From assembly GCA_964388035.1 (NCBI GenBank), contig CAYLZE010000009.1:36801-100800 (forward strand): a stretch of DNA of 64,000 nt, given 5' to 3'. This document shows positions 30,540 to 41,094 of the stretch, piece by piece. Source of the stretch: an uncultured archaeon. GTDB lineage: Archaea; Asgardarchaeota; Lokiarchaeia; Sigyniarchaeales; SOKP01. Below the pieces are notes generated by a model. The model ran no database searches. It saw only the letters and a program-made list of their open reading frames with translations, and had not been told where the DNA came from. Numbering within the stretch: position 1 is the first letter of the stretch; each line of letters opens with the position of its first letter. Made by a program: the position numbers and the translations under genes.

Positions 30540-31772
30540 GTGATTTTTTTGGAAAAAGTAATGCTTGTTGGGGTAGGGTCTACAAAATTTGGAGTTTTAG
30601 AAGATAAAGGATTATTGGATTTACTTTCAGAAGCCTCTTTAGATGCCATAAAAGATTCAGACACCAGTCAAGAAGATTTTGATACCGTTTATGTCGGGGC
30701 AATGAGCGCAGATGTGTTGAATCACGTTTCAGGGGTTGCTTCCGCCTTAGTTGATAGAATTGGTTTAATTCCAGCAGCAGCAGATCATATTAAAAATGGA
30801 CCTGCAAGTGGAGGATCAGCCATTAAAGCCGGATTTCAAGCAATAGCTTCCGGAATGGCAGATCTAGTACTGGTGGTAGGAGGGGAAAAAATGACTCACA
30901 TTACGACCCCCGGATTTGTCACGTCTACTGTTGCGACGATCACGCATCCTGAAGCGGAAAGAATACACGGAATCTCGCTTCCAGCTTTTGGGGGAATGCT
31001 AACTAGGGCTTATCTTCACAAATATAATGCAAAATTAGAGTGGATCTCTGATATTGCAATAAAAAATCACCAGAATGGAGCTCTTAATCCAATAGCTCAT
31101 TTTCAAAGAAGCATTGAAGATTTCATGGAAAGTGCAATAAAAAAAGGAAAAGGACAATGGAAGGATGTCCATGAATTCTTAAAAGATGATAAAACTAACC
31201 CTATTATTGCAGATCCCTTGAGACTCTTTCATATTTGTCCTATTTCCGATGGTGCGGCAGCCGTGGTTCTATGTAATGCGAATCTTGCTAAGAAGTATTC
31301 AGATACACCCATCTTAATTTCTGGAATTGGGCAGGCAACTGATACGCATATAGTGCATGAAAGGGAGGATGTCACCGTATTAAATGCACTGCGCTTATGC
31401 TCGCAACAAGCTTATAAAATGGCTCATAAGACGCCAGAAGATATAGACGTTGCCGAGCTTCATGATGCTTTCGAAATCTTGGAGGCCGTGGAAAGTGAAG
31501 ATATTGGATTCTTTAAGAAAGGAGAAGGGGCAAAAGCAGCGCACGAGGGTTTAACTAAAATAGGGGGAAAGATTCCCATCAATCCTTCAGGAGGATTAAA
31601 AGCTAGAGGGCATCCTCTTGGAGCAACAGGTGTGGCTCAAGTAGTGGAATTAGTATGGCAATTACGCGAACAAGCGGGAAAAAGGCAAGTGGACGGGGCA
31701 ACTACGGGAATAACTTGCAATTTCGGGGGATTTGGTAATAATATTATCTCAATATTGTTGGAAAGAATGTAA
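30540..31772 (+). CDS. Thiolase-superfamily protein (SCP-x type) lacking the nucleophilic Cys
   Basis: KNGPASGG in place of xACASG; CPISDGAAA, ELHDAF, NPSGGLKARGHPLGATG. Confidence 0.88.
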   Translation: MIFLEKVMLVGVGSTKFGVLEDKGLLDLLSEASLDAIKDSDTSQEDFDTVYVGAMSADVLNHVSGVASALVDRIGLIPAAADHIKNGPASGGSAIKAGFQAIASGMADLVLVVGGEKMTHITTPGFVTSTVATITHPEAERIHGISLPAFGGMLTRAYLHKYNAKLEWISDIAIKNHQNGALNPIAHFQRSIEDFMESAIKKGKGQWKDVHEFLKDDKTNPIIADPLRLFHICPISDGAAAVVLCNANLAKKYSDTPILISGIGQATDTHIVHEREDVTVLNALRLCSQQAYKMAHKTPEDIDVAELHDAFEILEAVESEDIGFFKKGEGAKAAHEGLTKIGGKIPINPSGGLKARGHPLGATGVAQVVELVWQLREQAGKRQVDGATTGITCNFGGFGNNIISILLERM

Positions 31773-32008
31773 TAGTTTAGGATAAGATAATAGTCTTTTA
31801 ATTTCTTACTTAACTAGAAAAAATCTTTAATCTTTTTTAATATAGGTCCTTTTTCTTAAAGTATATTGTTTAAATATCGCCCTTTAAGAACTTCCTTAAC
31901 TGCCACTATCGATGTTTCAAGTTTCTAACTTTAAAAAAAATAAAAAGGATTGATATAAATTAAAAAGAAATTTTTACTATCACGTATTTATTTTGCTAAA
32001 ATAAATGG

Positions 32009-32821
32009 TTGATGATCATTATGGAAGGTAAAGTATTTAATGCAAAAGTGAATGGAGTAAACCTCTCTTGTAAGCGATGGGGAGAGGGTAATAGCAAGAA
32101 ACTCATGCTGGTTCATGGTTGGACGGGATTCAAGGAATTATGGGATAGTTTTGTCCCCAGGTTAGTAGAAAATGGATATGATGTGGTTGCGATGGATTTA
32201 AGAGGGCACGGAGACTCGGATAAACCAGAAGGAGAATATACTCACGAGGTTTTTTCTACGGATCTTTTCGAGTTATCCAAATTTCTAGGATGGGAAGGAA
32301 AATATACCATCTTAGGTCAATCAATGGGGGGATATATTGTCTTGGATTATGCATTAAGGTATCCGAATTCCATTAAACGTGTCGTAAGCTCTAACACGTC
32401 GGCTTATTTGGCTAGAAATTTATTTTCAAAAATAGTATGGAAGTTCATAATCAGAATGTACAAAAAAAATCCCGCTAAGATGATGGATAAAATGTTTCCA
32501 AGCTTTTTCATGAATCCTCCCGACCAAGAGACTTTAGATGCTTTTGTCAAAATGAGCTTAAAAACAGCCAAACATGCCGGTTTAAGTGCCATTCATTATT
32601 GCTACACGCGCAATTTAGAGCCCGAGTTACATAACATTTCCGTTTCCACCTTAGTAATATCCTCACAATTTGATCAAAAAGATTTAAGAAAAGCTACCTT
32701 AGCAGTTCATCAATTAATTCCCAATTCAAAACTGGTAGACATTCCGAATACCGGGCATTTACCATTTATGGAGAATCCCGACGCATTTTTGGAAGCCATT
32801 ACATCCTTTGTCGTGGATTAA
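32009..32821 (+). CDS. Alpha/beta hydrolase
   Basis: VHGW, DLRGHGDS, GQSMGG, TGHLP. Confidence 0.9.
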   Translation: MMIIMEGKVFNAKVNGVNLSCKRWGEGNSKKLMLVHGWTGFKELWDSFVPRLVENGYDVVAMDLRGHGDSDKPEGEYTHEVFSTDLFELSKFLGWEGKYTILGQSMGGYIVLDYALRYPNSIKRVVSSNTSAYLARNLFSKIVWKFIIRMYKKNPAKMMDKMFPSFFMNPPDQETLDAFVKMSLKTAKHAGLSAIHYCYTRNLEPELHNISVSTLVISSQFDQKDLRKATLAVHQLIPNSKLVDIPNTGHLPFMENPDAFLEAITSFVVD

Positions 32822-33033
32822 TCCTATACAAATAAATTAATTTACTTTTCGTCAATATTCTCTATTTTTTTCTTATTTTTTATTAATTCTTTACACATTA
32901 AATTAGAAATACATGTTGACCATAAAGTCCCGTTTTCTTGTAGGAAACTATTCACGGGGAAAGATAATTTTTAATTTAGGGAAAAATTCCTTTCCGAATT
33001 TATAAAAGAAGGAAATAAAAGATATTTTAGACC

Positions 33034-34122
33034 CTAGAAATTAAATCGTTCATATTCTGTCAAACAAGGAGGTCCAACAGTAATATATAATGTTGGAGGC
33101 GTTGAAAGAGAATAAATTACCGAAGAATAAGTATATGCCATTAAAGGTTGGCTATTATGATGCGTGCATACGGGACCAAAATGAGAACTTAAGATCCCCA
33201 TTGCTGTTTCAACTGTGATTTTTTTCTCTGGATCTCTTAAGCGGGATTCTAAATAATCAAATCTTTGTTCAGTAGTACTTCTTTGATACTTTCTCTTATT
33301 CGTAATTATTTTATCATCATTCACTAAAGGATGGTTGGTGTGATAGACTCTTCGAGCATCATTGTAAGGTTTATATTCGCTAACCTTATTGGCAGAACAT
33401 TCCAAGCAAATAACTCTTTCTGAATCTCCCATGGTATAGTTTTGTCCCGAAGCGTGTTTTATAGCATGTATGAATGCAACGGCCTTGTCTAAAGAGGATT
33501 GTTCCAATACTGAGCGAACAATAAAAGTTACGGGGAGTCCATCAATTGAATTATTTAACCGACCAGTTAAAGAATTGCAACATATTCCTATAGGTTGATT
33601 ATTGAGCCCACATTCTGCCAGAAAGCCAGCATGTGAAAGTACAAAAGCTTCAATAGGAGAATCATAATATTTTATATGTAAAAGAACCTCCAATCCTTCA
33701 AAAAGTTGGAGGAGATCCATGTTCTGAGCTAATAAAGCGGGTTGCTCAGCTTCTTTATAACAACCAAAAGCACTACAACTTTCTGCCTCCTGTTCTCTAT
33801 GGTCAAACCACCATTTTTCGTCGTGCGCTGCTAAATGCATGGCGTATATTTCTTCAAAATCCATGCCCACCCCATCTGCAACACCTTCTACCTCCTCTAA
33901 TAATTGAGGCGCCCATTTTTTAATGGATGGAAGGAAGTTGGTATTTTCTAAAAACTGGTCTATCAAGGAATCGGGGTTTTCATTATAAGTCAATTTAAGG
34001 AGATTTTTATATCTTTCAAGAGCTTCATGAACTTGAGGTGCTAATGTTTCCCCATGAATGCGACCCCTCTCCTTAGGAGTTCCTTCTAATTCCAGCACTC
34101 GAATTTTCGATTTAGTCTTCAT
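33034..34122 (-). CDS. Peptidase C45 / acyl-CoA:6-APA acyltransferase family (Ntn hydrolase)
   Basis: GTPKERGRIHG, ESCSAF nucleophile Cys, AQNMD, HTNH. Confidence 0.88.
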   Translation of the reverse strand: MKTKSKIRVLELEGTPKERGRIHGETLAPQVHEALERYKNLLKLTYNENPDSLIDQFLENTNFLPSIKKWAPQLLEEVEGVADGVGMDFEEIYAMHLAAHDEKWWFDHREQEAESCSAFGCYKEAEQPALLAQNMDLLQLFEGLEVLLHIKYYDSPIEAFVLSHAGFLAECGLNNQPIGICCNSLTGRLNNSIDGLPVTFIVRSVLEQSSLDKAVAFIHAIKHASGQNYTMGDSERVICLECSANKVSEYKPYNDARRVYHTNHPLVNDDKIITNKRKYQRSTTEQRFDYLESRLRDPEKKITVETAMGILSSHFGPVCTHHNSQPLMAYTYSSVIYSLSTPPTLYITVGPPCLTEYERFNF

Positions 34123-34209
34123 ATCTTCAACCTATTACTCAAATTGTTGTACTTTCTATTATTTTTTATATTCGTATTTTTACAAGAATCAAATACATTG
34201 CACGAATTA

Positions 34210-35229
34210 AAATTGCCATGATGGAAGCCAAGGGTGCCAACCTTTTTGGAGTATTTTGGGGAGCATATCATGGAAATTCTCTTATTACAAGTGTCGCTTC
34301 TCAACCGGTTGATGGTACCATTCGTTATCTAGGAATGGGATAAGAGAATTTCATCAGATTGCCTTATCCTAATTGTTATAGATGTCTATGGAATTATACG
34401 GAAGGATTGCATGGAAAAGGGACCCAGGATGTAATTTTGAATGCTTTGAAGTTGTACGACATAGCATTCTTGGAATGGCACCAAAAAAACTTGCAGGTGT
34501 ATTGATCGAACCAATTCAAGCAGGGGGTGGACAATTGCCCGCCCCACCCGAATGGCTTAGAATGCTAAAAAAGTTTGTGAAGAGAAAAATGTGTTTCTCA
34601 TCTATGATGAGTGTCAGACATGTGCTTGGAGAATTGGACGATATTTCACAATTACTGAGAAGTATGAAAAAGAAATGGGTATTGATATTTCTCCAGATAT
34701 GATTACGTACACAAAAGGCATAGGAGGGGGATTTCCATTAGGGGCATTAGTTTTATCATCTGCTTTCAAGAAAAGGTTTAATCCTTCAGAAGAACATACA
34801 ACTTTCAGCTCAACTCCCGTAGGGATGGTTACCTCCCTAGCAGCGTTGGAAGTAATGAAACGTCTTAGAATAGGAGAAAATTGTGAAAAAATGGGTAATA
34901 TAATTACTAAAGGCTTAAAAGACTTGCAAGAAGGTATTGATTTTATCGGAGATATTCGAGGTCCCGGACTATTTATTGGGATAGAGCTAGTTAAAAGTAA
35001 AGAAAGTAGAATTCCCTTCAATGAATTGTGTGAAGAAATAGTTAAAATCGCTCCCAATCATGGAATATATTTTGGAAAAAGCACGCCTGTGACTAATCCT
35101 AAAGGAAAAAAAATAAGACAAAATGTACTCATGATAAAACCTCCACTTAATATTAATGAAGAGGAATCCCGTTACATCATACAAGAAGTCGAAGAAGTAT
35201 TAAAGCAAGCTTTAAAGAATCTTAAATAA
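34210..35229 (+). pseudogene. Class III aminotransferase (GabT-like), N-terminally truncated, with internal stop and two frameshifts
   Basis: Fragments GAYHGNS..., TAA at 34341, LPYPNCYRC, IEPIQAGGG, IYDECQT, KGIGGGFP, DIRGPGL, IKPPL spread over three frames. Confidence 0.85.
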
Positions 35230-35401
35230 TCCTATTTTATCCCGTCATTAATACTTTTAACAGAATAGTAATTAAAAGATAAGTTAACCATATAAAAAGT
35301 TTAAATCCGGAAAATAGATTAATTATCACTATTTCTATTTGCGAAAGTAAGAGATCTCACGGTATTTATCCGAAGAAAAGAGCATTTTCGAATAACCCTT
35401 A

Positions 35402-35548
35402 CACATTATAAATAGGGTTGACGTAATTTTTCGTATACTTAATGAAGATATTACTAAAAGTAATCAGGAGAAGGTAACATGGACAGAAGAGGTAGCAAGA
35501 TTAGCTGGAAGAGAATTAGCTCAAGGTAAAGAAACCCATATCATTTAA
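35402..35548 (+). pseudogene. Remnant of a beta-keto acid cleavage enzyme (Kce/DUF849) C-terminus
   Basis: 35441-35548 reads NEDITKSNQEKVTWTEEVARLAGRELAQGKETHII*, resembling the Kce tail (A)KSNAELV...IARxxGREIATxxEAR. Confidence 0.5.
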
Positions 35549-35676
35549 AATTTAAAACTAAACGAAATAAAGTTAGGTTCTAAATCTTAATTCTAACACC
35601 TAAAAATCTTTATGATTGAGCTTATAAAAATAACTATTTTATTTATTTATATCATTGAAAAAAAGGATGATAAAAT

Positions 35677-36813
35677 TTGCGGTTACTTGAATATGAAAGC
35701 AAGGAAATTTACAAAGAATATGATGTTCCACTTTTGGATAGTGTTATCATCAAAAAGGGCGAACCTATTGAACAAAAAGTTGAAGAATTTCCTTTTCCTG
35801 CGATTGTAAAATCTCAGATTGCTATAGGAAGTCGAAAGAAAGCAGGGTTAATAAAAATCGCCCAAAATCCTCAAGAAGGAATAGATTTATGCAAAGAATT
35901 CTTTAATAAGGAAGTAGCAGGATTTCACGTTGAAGCAATATTGTTAGAAGAACTAGCAAATATAGAACATGAATATTATTGCTCCATTGCTCTAGAAGCT
36001 TCAGCAAGGGAATTTTACTTGCTCGTGAGTGCTGAAGGAGGAATAGAAATTGAAGAGGTTGCAGCTAAAAATCCCGATGCGATTTTTAGGAAATCATTTA
36101 CCTTAGAAAATGGATTGAGTCGGGAAATGGCAGAAGATCTTGCTAAAAAACTTGGATTTGAGCATTCCAACTTGAACTCCGCCATTAATCTTTTTTTGAA
36201 GTTATGGAAAATTGCGAAAGATAAGGAAGCTTTATTAGTAGAAATTAACCCATTGGTTCTAACACCGTCAGGATTAATTGCTGTAGATGCAAAAATGGAA
36301 ATAGATGACAATGCCATTTATCGCCATGACTCTTTTAAAGAACTTCAACAAAAGAAAGAAACGGAATTTGAAAAATTCGCCAAAGAGAATAATTTGTTCT
36401 TTGTAAAACTTGATGGCGATGTAGGTGTAATTGGAAACGGCGCAGGATTAACATTAGAATTAGTTGATATATTATCCGAAATGGGAATTAAGCCTGCCAA
36501 TTTCTTGGATCTAGGAGGTGGAGCAAGCCCAGAGAGAGTATATAAAGCATTAAAATTAATTCTTGATTTAAATCCCAAAGCCGTAATTATTAATATTTTT
36601 GGAGGAATTACTCGTTGCGATTATATTGCAAAAGGCATAATACAAGCAATCAATTCATTTGATAGTACACCCCCTCTAGTCATCCGGTTAATTGGCACCA
36701 ATTATTTAGAAGGAATCAAACTCTTGAAAGAAAAGGAGTTAAATGCATATACAAATTTAATGGATGCAGTTGACGAAGTGAAAAATTATCTAAATTTAAA
36801 AGTCGAGGTTTGA
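35677..36813 (+). CDS. sucC: Succinyl-CoA synthetase beta subunit
   Basis: LLEYESKE, EINPL, GNGAGL, PANFLDLGGGA, NIFGGITRCD. Confidence 0.93.
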   Translation: MRLLEYESKEIYKEYDVPLLDSVIIKKGEPIEQKVEEFPFPAIVKSQIAIGSRKKAGLIKIAQNPQEGIDLCKEFFNKEVAGFHVEAILLEELANIEHEYYCSIALEASAREFYLLVSAEGGIEIEEVAAKNPDAIFRKSFTLENGLSREMAEDLAKKLGFEHSNLNSAINLFLKLWKIAKDKEALLVEINPLVLTPSGLIAVDAKMEIDDNAIYRHDSFKELQQKKETEFEKFAKENNLFFVKLDGDVGVIGNGAGLTLELVDILSEMGIKPANFLDLGGGASPERVYKALKLILDLNPKAVIINIFGGITRCDYIAKGIIQAINSFDSTPPLVIRLIGTNYLEGIKLLKEKELNAYTNLMDAVDEVKNYLNLKVEV

Positions 36814-36820
36814 AAAAAAG

Positions 36821-37681
36821 ATGTATATTGGAAAAGAATCGAAAGTAATAGTACAAGGTATCACGGGAAGTCAAGGAACATTTCATACGGAACTTATGCT
36901 TAAATTTGGAACCAATATCGTAGCGGGAGTAACTCCTAACAAGGGAGGGCAAAAAGTCTTGGGAGTTCCTGTTTATGACACGGTAAAAGAAACTGTTGAT
37001 AATCACGGAGCAGATACGAGTATTGTATTTGTTCCCGCAAGGTTTGCTCTTGATGCGGTAAAAGAAAGCATAAATGCAGGCATACAGCTCACATGTATTA
37101 TAACAGAGAACATTCCTATCTATGATATGCTGAGATTAGTGGATTTGGCTGAAAAAAAAGGGGTACACCTTGTTGGACCTAATACTCCCGGCATATTAAT
37201 TCCCGAACAAATAAAATTGGGCATCATGCCCAATGATTTATGCCCCCCCGGAGACATTATTATAATCTCCAAAAGTGGAACGTTTTCATATGAAATAGCA
37301 AAAGCAATTGCAGATGGAGGGATGGGAATAACAGCACTCATGGGTATTGGAGGAGATCCTGTTCGAGGAACTACCATGCTGGATACAATCAAATATTATG
37401 AAAAAGATCAAAAGACCAATTTTATTGTTATAGTTGGAGAAATTGGAGGAGATGAGGAAGAAAAAGTAGCAGCATACATAAAAAATCATTCTAATAAACC
37501 TATCGTTGCAATAATTGCAGGAAAACATGCTCCCGAAGGAAAAAGAATGGGTCATGCAGGAGCAATAATTTCAGGAGATTTTGGTACTGCCCAAGGAAAA
37601 ATCAAAGCTTTAAAAAATGCAGGGGTTCATATTGCAAATGTACCCTGGGATATTCCAAAAATAATTGAAGAGCTCTCATGA
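36821..37681 (+). CDS. sucD: Succinyl-CoA synthetase alpha subunit
   Basis: VQGITG, GVTP.KGG, GPNTPG, RMGHAGA phospho-His. Confidence 0.94.
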   Translation: MYIGKESKVIVQGITGSQGTFHTELMLKFGTNIVAGVTPNKGGQKVLGVPVYDTVKETVDNHGADTSIVFVPARFALDAVKESINAGIQLTCIITENIPIYDMLRLVDLAEKKGVHLVGPNTPGILIPEQIKLGIMPNDLCPPGDIIIISKSGTFSYEIAKAIADGGMGITALMGIGGDPVRGTTMLDTIKYYEKDQKTNFIVIVGEIGGDEEEKVAAYIKNHSNKPIVAIIAGKHAPEGKRMGHAGAIISGDFGTAQGKIKALKNAGVHIANVPWDIPKIIEELS

Positions 37682-37735
37682 TTTCCTTAATTCTAACTTA
37701 ATAAATATTAGAGCAATTCTATTTTTCTAATCTTA

Positions 37736-39187
37736 TTATCTTACCATGAGTATATCAGTTCTATGAATTGGTGGTTTAAATCCTTTAGGAAAGGGAGACA
37801 TATAAATTCTTGATCCTAAATTTCTATTCAATTCCATCCGAGCATTCTAAACCAATGTGGGATTTCCCATAAACTCTAAAGCAGAGGAAGCAATAATCTT
37901 CGCGGCATTCAACATTCCTTTATGACCAATACTCATTCCGGAAGTGGCAGTTGCTTGCCAAGAGTGGTTTGTTGATCCCATTGCAAAACAGCACATCCAA
38001 AATTCTCCTAATGGTACGTTCCATGATACATCTCCTACATCCGTGCATCCCGTGTTTACTTCTCCTTTTCCAAGAGGAGGTATAATAATTGGACATAAAG
38101 GAGAACTAAAAACTTTTGTTGCAATATCATGTAATTTTGGGGGAACTGAGTTCATAATCGCATCTAAAGAATTAGTGGGTGTAAATTTTTTTATTTCTTT
38201 TGCAAATTCTTTTTCATGATCACTAAATCTTGGTGGACCTATTTCATTCATCTTCTTAAATAGTACATCATTCACAACTTGATTACGAATCTGGTTATGA
38301 GTTCCATCCAGGAATTCTATTTCTAATTGAGTCTCTGTCATTAATTCCGCACCTTTAGCTATTTTAATTAATCTCGTATAAATCTCCTCCACTACGTGTC
38401 TTTTTGGAGCTCTAATACTATAATAGACTTCTGCCTCTTCAGGCACGATATTAGGTGCTTTTCCTCCATTCGTAATCACATAATGAAACTTTGCCTCAGG
38501 GATCATGTGTTCACGCATGTAATTTGCCCCAACATTCATTAATTCTATTGCATCTAGTGCACTTCGACCGTTATAAGGATCTGCCGCAGCATGGGCTGTT
38601 TTTCCTCGAAATTTAAAAAGGGAGGAATTAATTGCACTGTTTGAACTTAACCGAATAGTATTAAAAGCTTGGGGATGCCATGTAATGACAATATCAACAT
38701 CATCAAATAATCCCCCGGGATCAATCATATAACCTTTCGATGCAAATATTTCTTCTGCTAGACATCCAAAATATATTATTGTTCCTTTTACAGAGTAAGA
38801 ATCTAAGACCCTTTTTACCGCCAATGCAGCCCCTAAAGATGCAGTTGCCAAAAGGTTATGACCGCACCCGTGCCCTGGTGCACCCTCATTTATGGCTTGT
38901 TCGTAAGGGACGGGAGCTTGATTCATTCCCGGCAAAGCATCATATTCTCCCAAAATACCGATAATCGGATGTCCCATACCATAACGACTCACAAAAGCGG
39001 TAGGAAGAGATGCAACACTTAAGTTTGTAGAAAATCCTGCTTCTTTTAGTGTAATGGCCAATAATTTTGATGATTTGAATTCTTTAAATCCTAATTCTGC
39101 ATATTGCCATATTGTATCGCTAATTTCAACGAGAGTATCACCTATAGAGTCAACATATTTTACAACTTGGTTAGAATTATTATTCAT
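37736..39187 (-). CDS. M20 amidohydrolase (AbgB-like) with in-frame TAG near the C-terminus
   Basis: GEYDALPG, GHGCGHN, HAAADPYNGRSALDA, TDVGDVSW. After TAG (37847-37849) the frame continues NARMEL...YMSPFPKGFKPP, the usual family tail, to TAA at 37736. Confidence 0.85.
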
Positions 39188-39238
39188 TTTAATTCTCTAA
39201 ATAGCTTTTTAACTTTAGATAATTAACAGATTTGTTAT

Positions 39239-39934
39239 TTATTTATTTTGAGAATCAGGGGGAGTTTCAAACTGGTTTCTGATCCACTTGAGAATAAAAT
39301 CTCTGAATGCAGCTATTCGCTCTGGTCCGGGATTCTCATCTATCGGTTCACTGATGGGATCCCGAATTCTCAGTTCTCGTTCAATATAGGCCATTCCATA
39401 AGATAATCCAACTAAGTAATAAGTGAAGAAATTTGCATCCATTTCTGGAAGTTCTTTAGCGGCAATTGCGTTAGATACCACTTTTTTTATAACCTCCAAG
39501 GGATTGACAGGCTTATATTCCTTTTCGATGGGGCCCACCTTCTTTGAGGGGGGAGGAGAAATTAGAAACATCATTTGAAATCTTTTATAATCTCTTTGAA
39601 CAAAATCAAGAAAAAAAACCATCATTTTTTCAAATAAATTGATGTAATTCCCATCATGTTCATCTTCTATTCGTTGTAATTCATTTTTAAACCACCTCCA
39701 ATCTTCATTCCTAATGGCAATCCAAAGTTCTCGCTTGCTAGCAACATAAGTATAGAGATTGGGTTGAGACATTCTCAAGTTTGTGGCAAGAGCTCTTGTT
39801 GTGAATCCATAGGAACCCTTTGAAATGAATAATTCTCTTCCCATGTTTATAATTTCTTGATATACTTTTTCTTTATCCTCATCTGATCGAGCTATTTTTC
39901 TATTATTTTCCACGTGATTTTTAGCCTCATCCAT
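39239..39934 (-). CDS. TetR/AcrR-family transcriptional regulator
   Basis: GRELFISKG...TTRALATNLRMSQPNLYTYVASKREL HTH. Confidence 0.88.
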   Translation of the reverse strand: MDEAKNHVENNRKIARSDEDKEKVYQEIINMGRELFISKGSYGFTTRALATNLRMSQPNLYTYVASKRELWIAIRNEDWRWFKNELQRIEDEHDGNYINLFEKMMVFFLDFVQRDYKRFQMMFLISPPPSKKVGPIEKEYKPVNPLEVIKKVVSNAIAAKELPEMDANFFTYYLVGLSYGMAYIERELRIRDPISEPIDENPGPERIAAFRDFILKWIRNQFETPPDSQNK

Positions 39935-39990
39935 TATAAGATAACTTGTTACTTAGTTGATTTTAAAATTTATTAGTAAAATTTAAATAT

Positions 39991-40027
39991 TATCTTGACC
40001 AATCAAGGATAACCGATTATCTTTGAT
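39991..40027. promoter_or_regulatory. Inverted-repeat operator-like site between divergent tetR and parB genes
   Basis: ATCAAGGATAA-CCGA-TTATCTTTGAT (40002-40027, 1 mismatch) plus a third half-site TATCTTGA at 39991. Confidence 0.55.
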
Positions 40028-40029
40028 AA

Positions 40030-40935
40030 GTGAGAGAAAGAAAAATGGTGGAAGATTGTCAAAAACAAGTCCATAATGTAGAATTCTTAGGTATCGAAGA
40101 CATCAAGATTGATGAAAAAGAAAGGATAAGAACTACTTCTGGACAAGTAATTGAAGATCTAAAAGAATCCATTGATGAATTGGGACTTTTCCATCCAATT
40201 TTAATAAATAAAGATAATAAGTTAATTGCGGGTTATAGAAGGCTCACAGCTTGCAAGAAACTGGGCTGGAATATCATCCCCGCCTTTAGGATGAATAACA
40301 TAAATGAAATGGATAAAATTAAAATAGAATTACAAGAAAATATAATGAGGAAAAATCTCTCTCCCTATGAAATCGATATTGGATTGGCTAAATTAAAACG
40401 AATGTATGAAACAATTCATCCTGAAACCGTTCATTTAGCTCAAAATACCAAGAAAGAAATTAGCACCCAAAAAGTATCACATTCATCAATGGAAGATTTC
40501 GCCACTTATATTAATGAAAGCTCCAAAGAAGATTCTAAAAGGGAAAAAAGAGAGCGAGCAAAACGGTTTACGCGTGTAGTGGCAGAATATTCCAATTATT
40601 CAGAAAGAACTATAAGAGACAGAGTACAAGTGGGAACGGCTACCCTGAAAAAGAAATATGATAATAATACAATACAATTATATAAAACGGGAGAAATAAC
40701 TCATTCTGAAATGCTTAAAAGAGATAGAATACGTAGGTCTCGTGAAAGAAAACAAAGAAAAGCACGAAATATTGACTCCCTATTAGAAATAGAGTGGTGC
40801 AAAGATTGTAAAAGGGCTAAAATTTCCCTTTGTCCTGATTGTGGAAAACAGATCATAGTGTGTAACAAAGGATACCTTGTAATTAGGAATATTGATGCCC
40901 CAAAATGTGAAGATTTTTCTAAGGAAGGTGAATAA
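40030..40935 (+). CDS. ParB/Srx-domain protein with HTH and C-terminal Cys-rich Zn finger
   Basis: LKESIDELGLFHPI, LIAGYRRL, ENIMRKNL; C-terminal CKDC...CPDC...C...C. Confidence 0.85.
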   Translation: MRERKMVEDCQKQVHNVEFLGIEDIKIDEKERIRTTSGQVIEDLKESIDELGLFHPILINKDNKLIAGYRRLTACKKLGWNIIPAFRMNNINEMDKIKIELQENIMRKNLSPYEIDIGLAKLKRMYETIHPETVHLAQNTKKEISTQKVSHSSMEDFATYINESSKEDSKREKRERAKRFTRVVAEYSNYSERTIRDRVQVGTATLKKKYDNNTIQLYKTGEITHSEMLKRDRIRRSRERKQRKARNIDSLLEIEWCKDCKRAKISLCPDCGKQIIVCNKGYLVIRNIDAPKCEDFSKEGE

Positions 40936-41094
40936 ATATTTCTTTATATTTCTTTTTAATATTTGAAATCTAATTCAAATTTTAGTAAGGATATCGAAAA
41001 GAAATTACTCAATATCAATTAAAATATAATTCTAAAATTCTGTAGCATTTAATTTAATATAATGAAGAAAGTTTTACAGTAATTTATTGGGATT

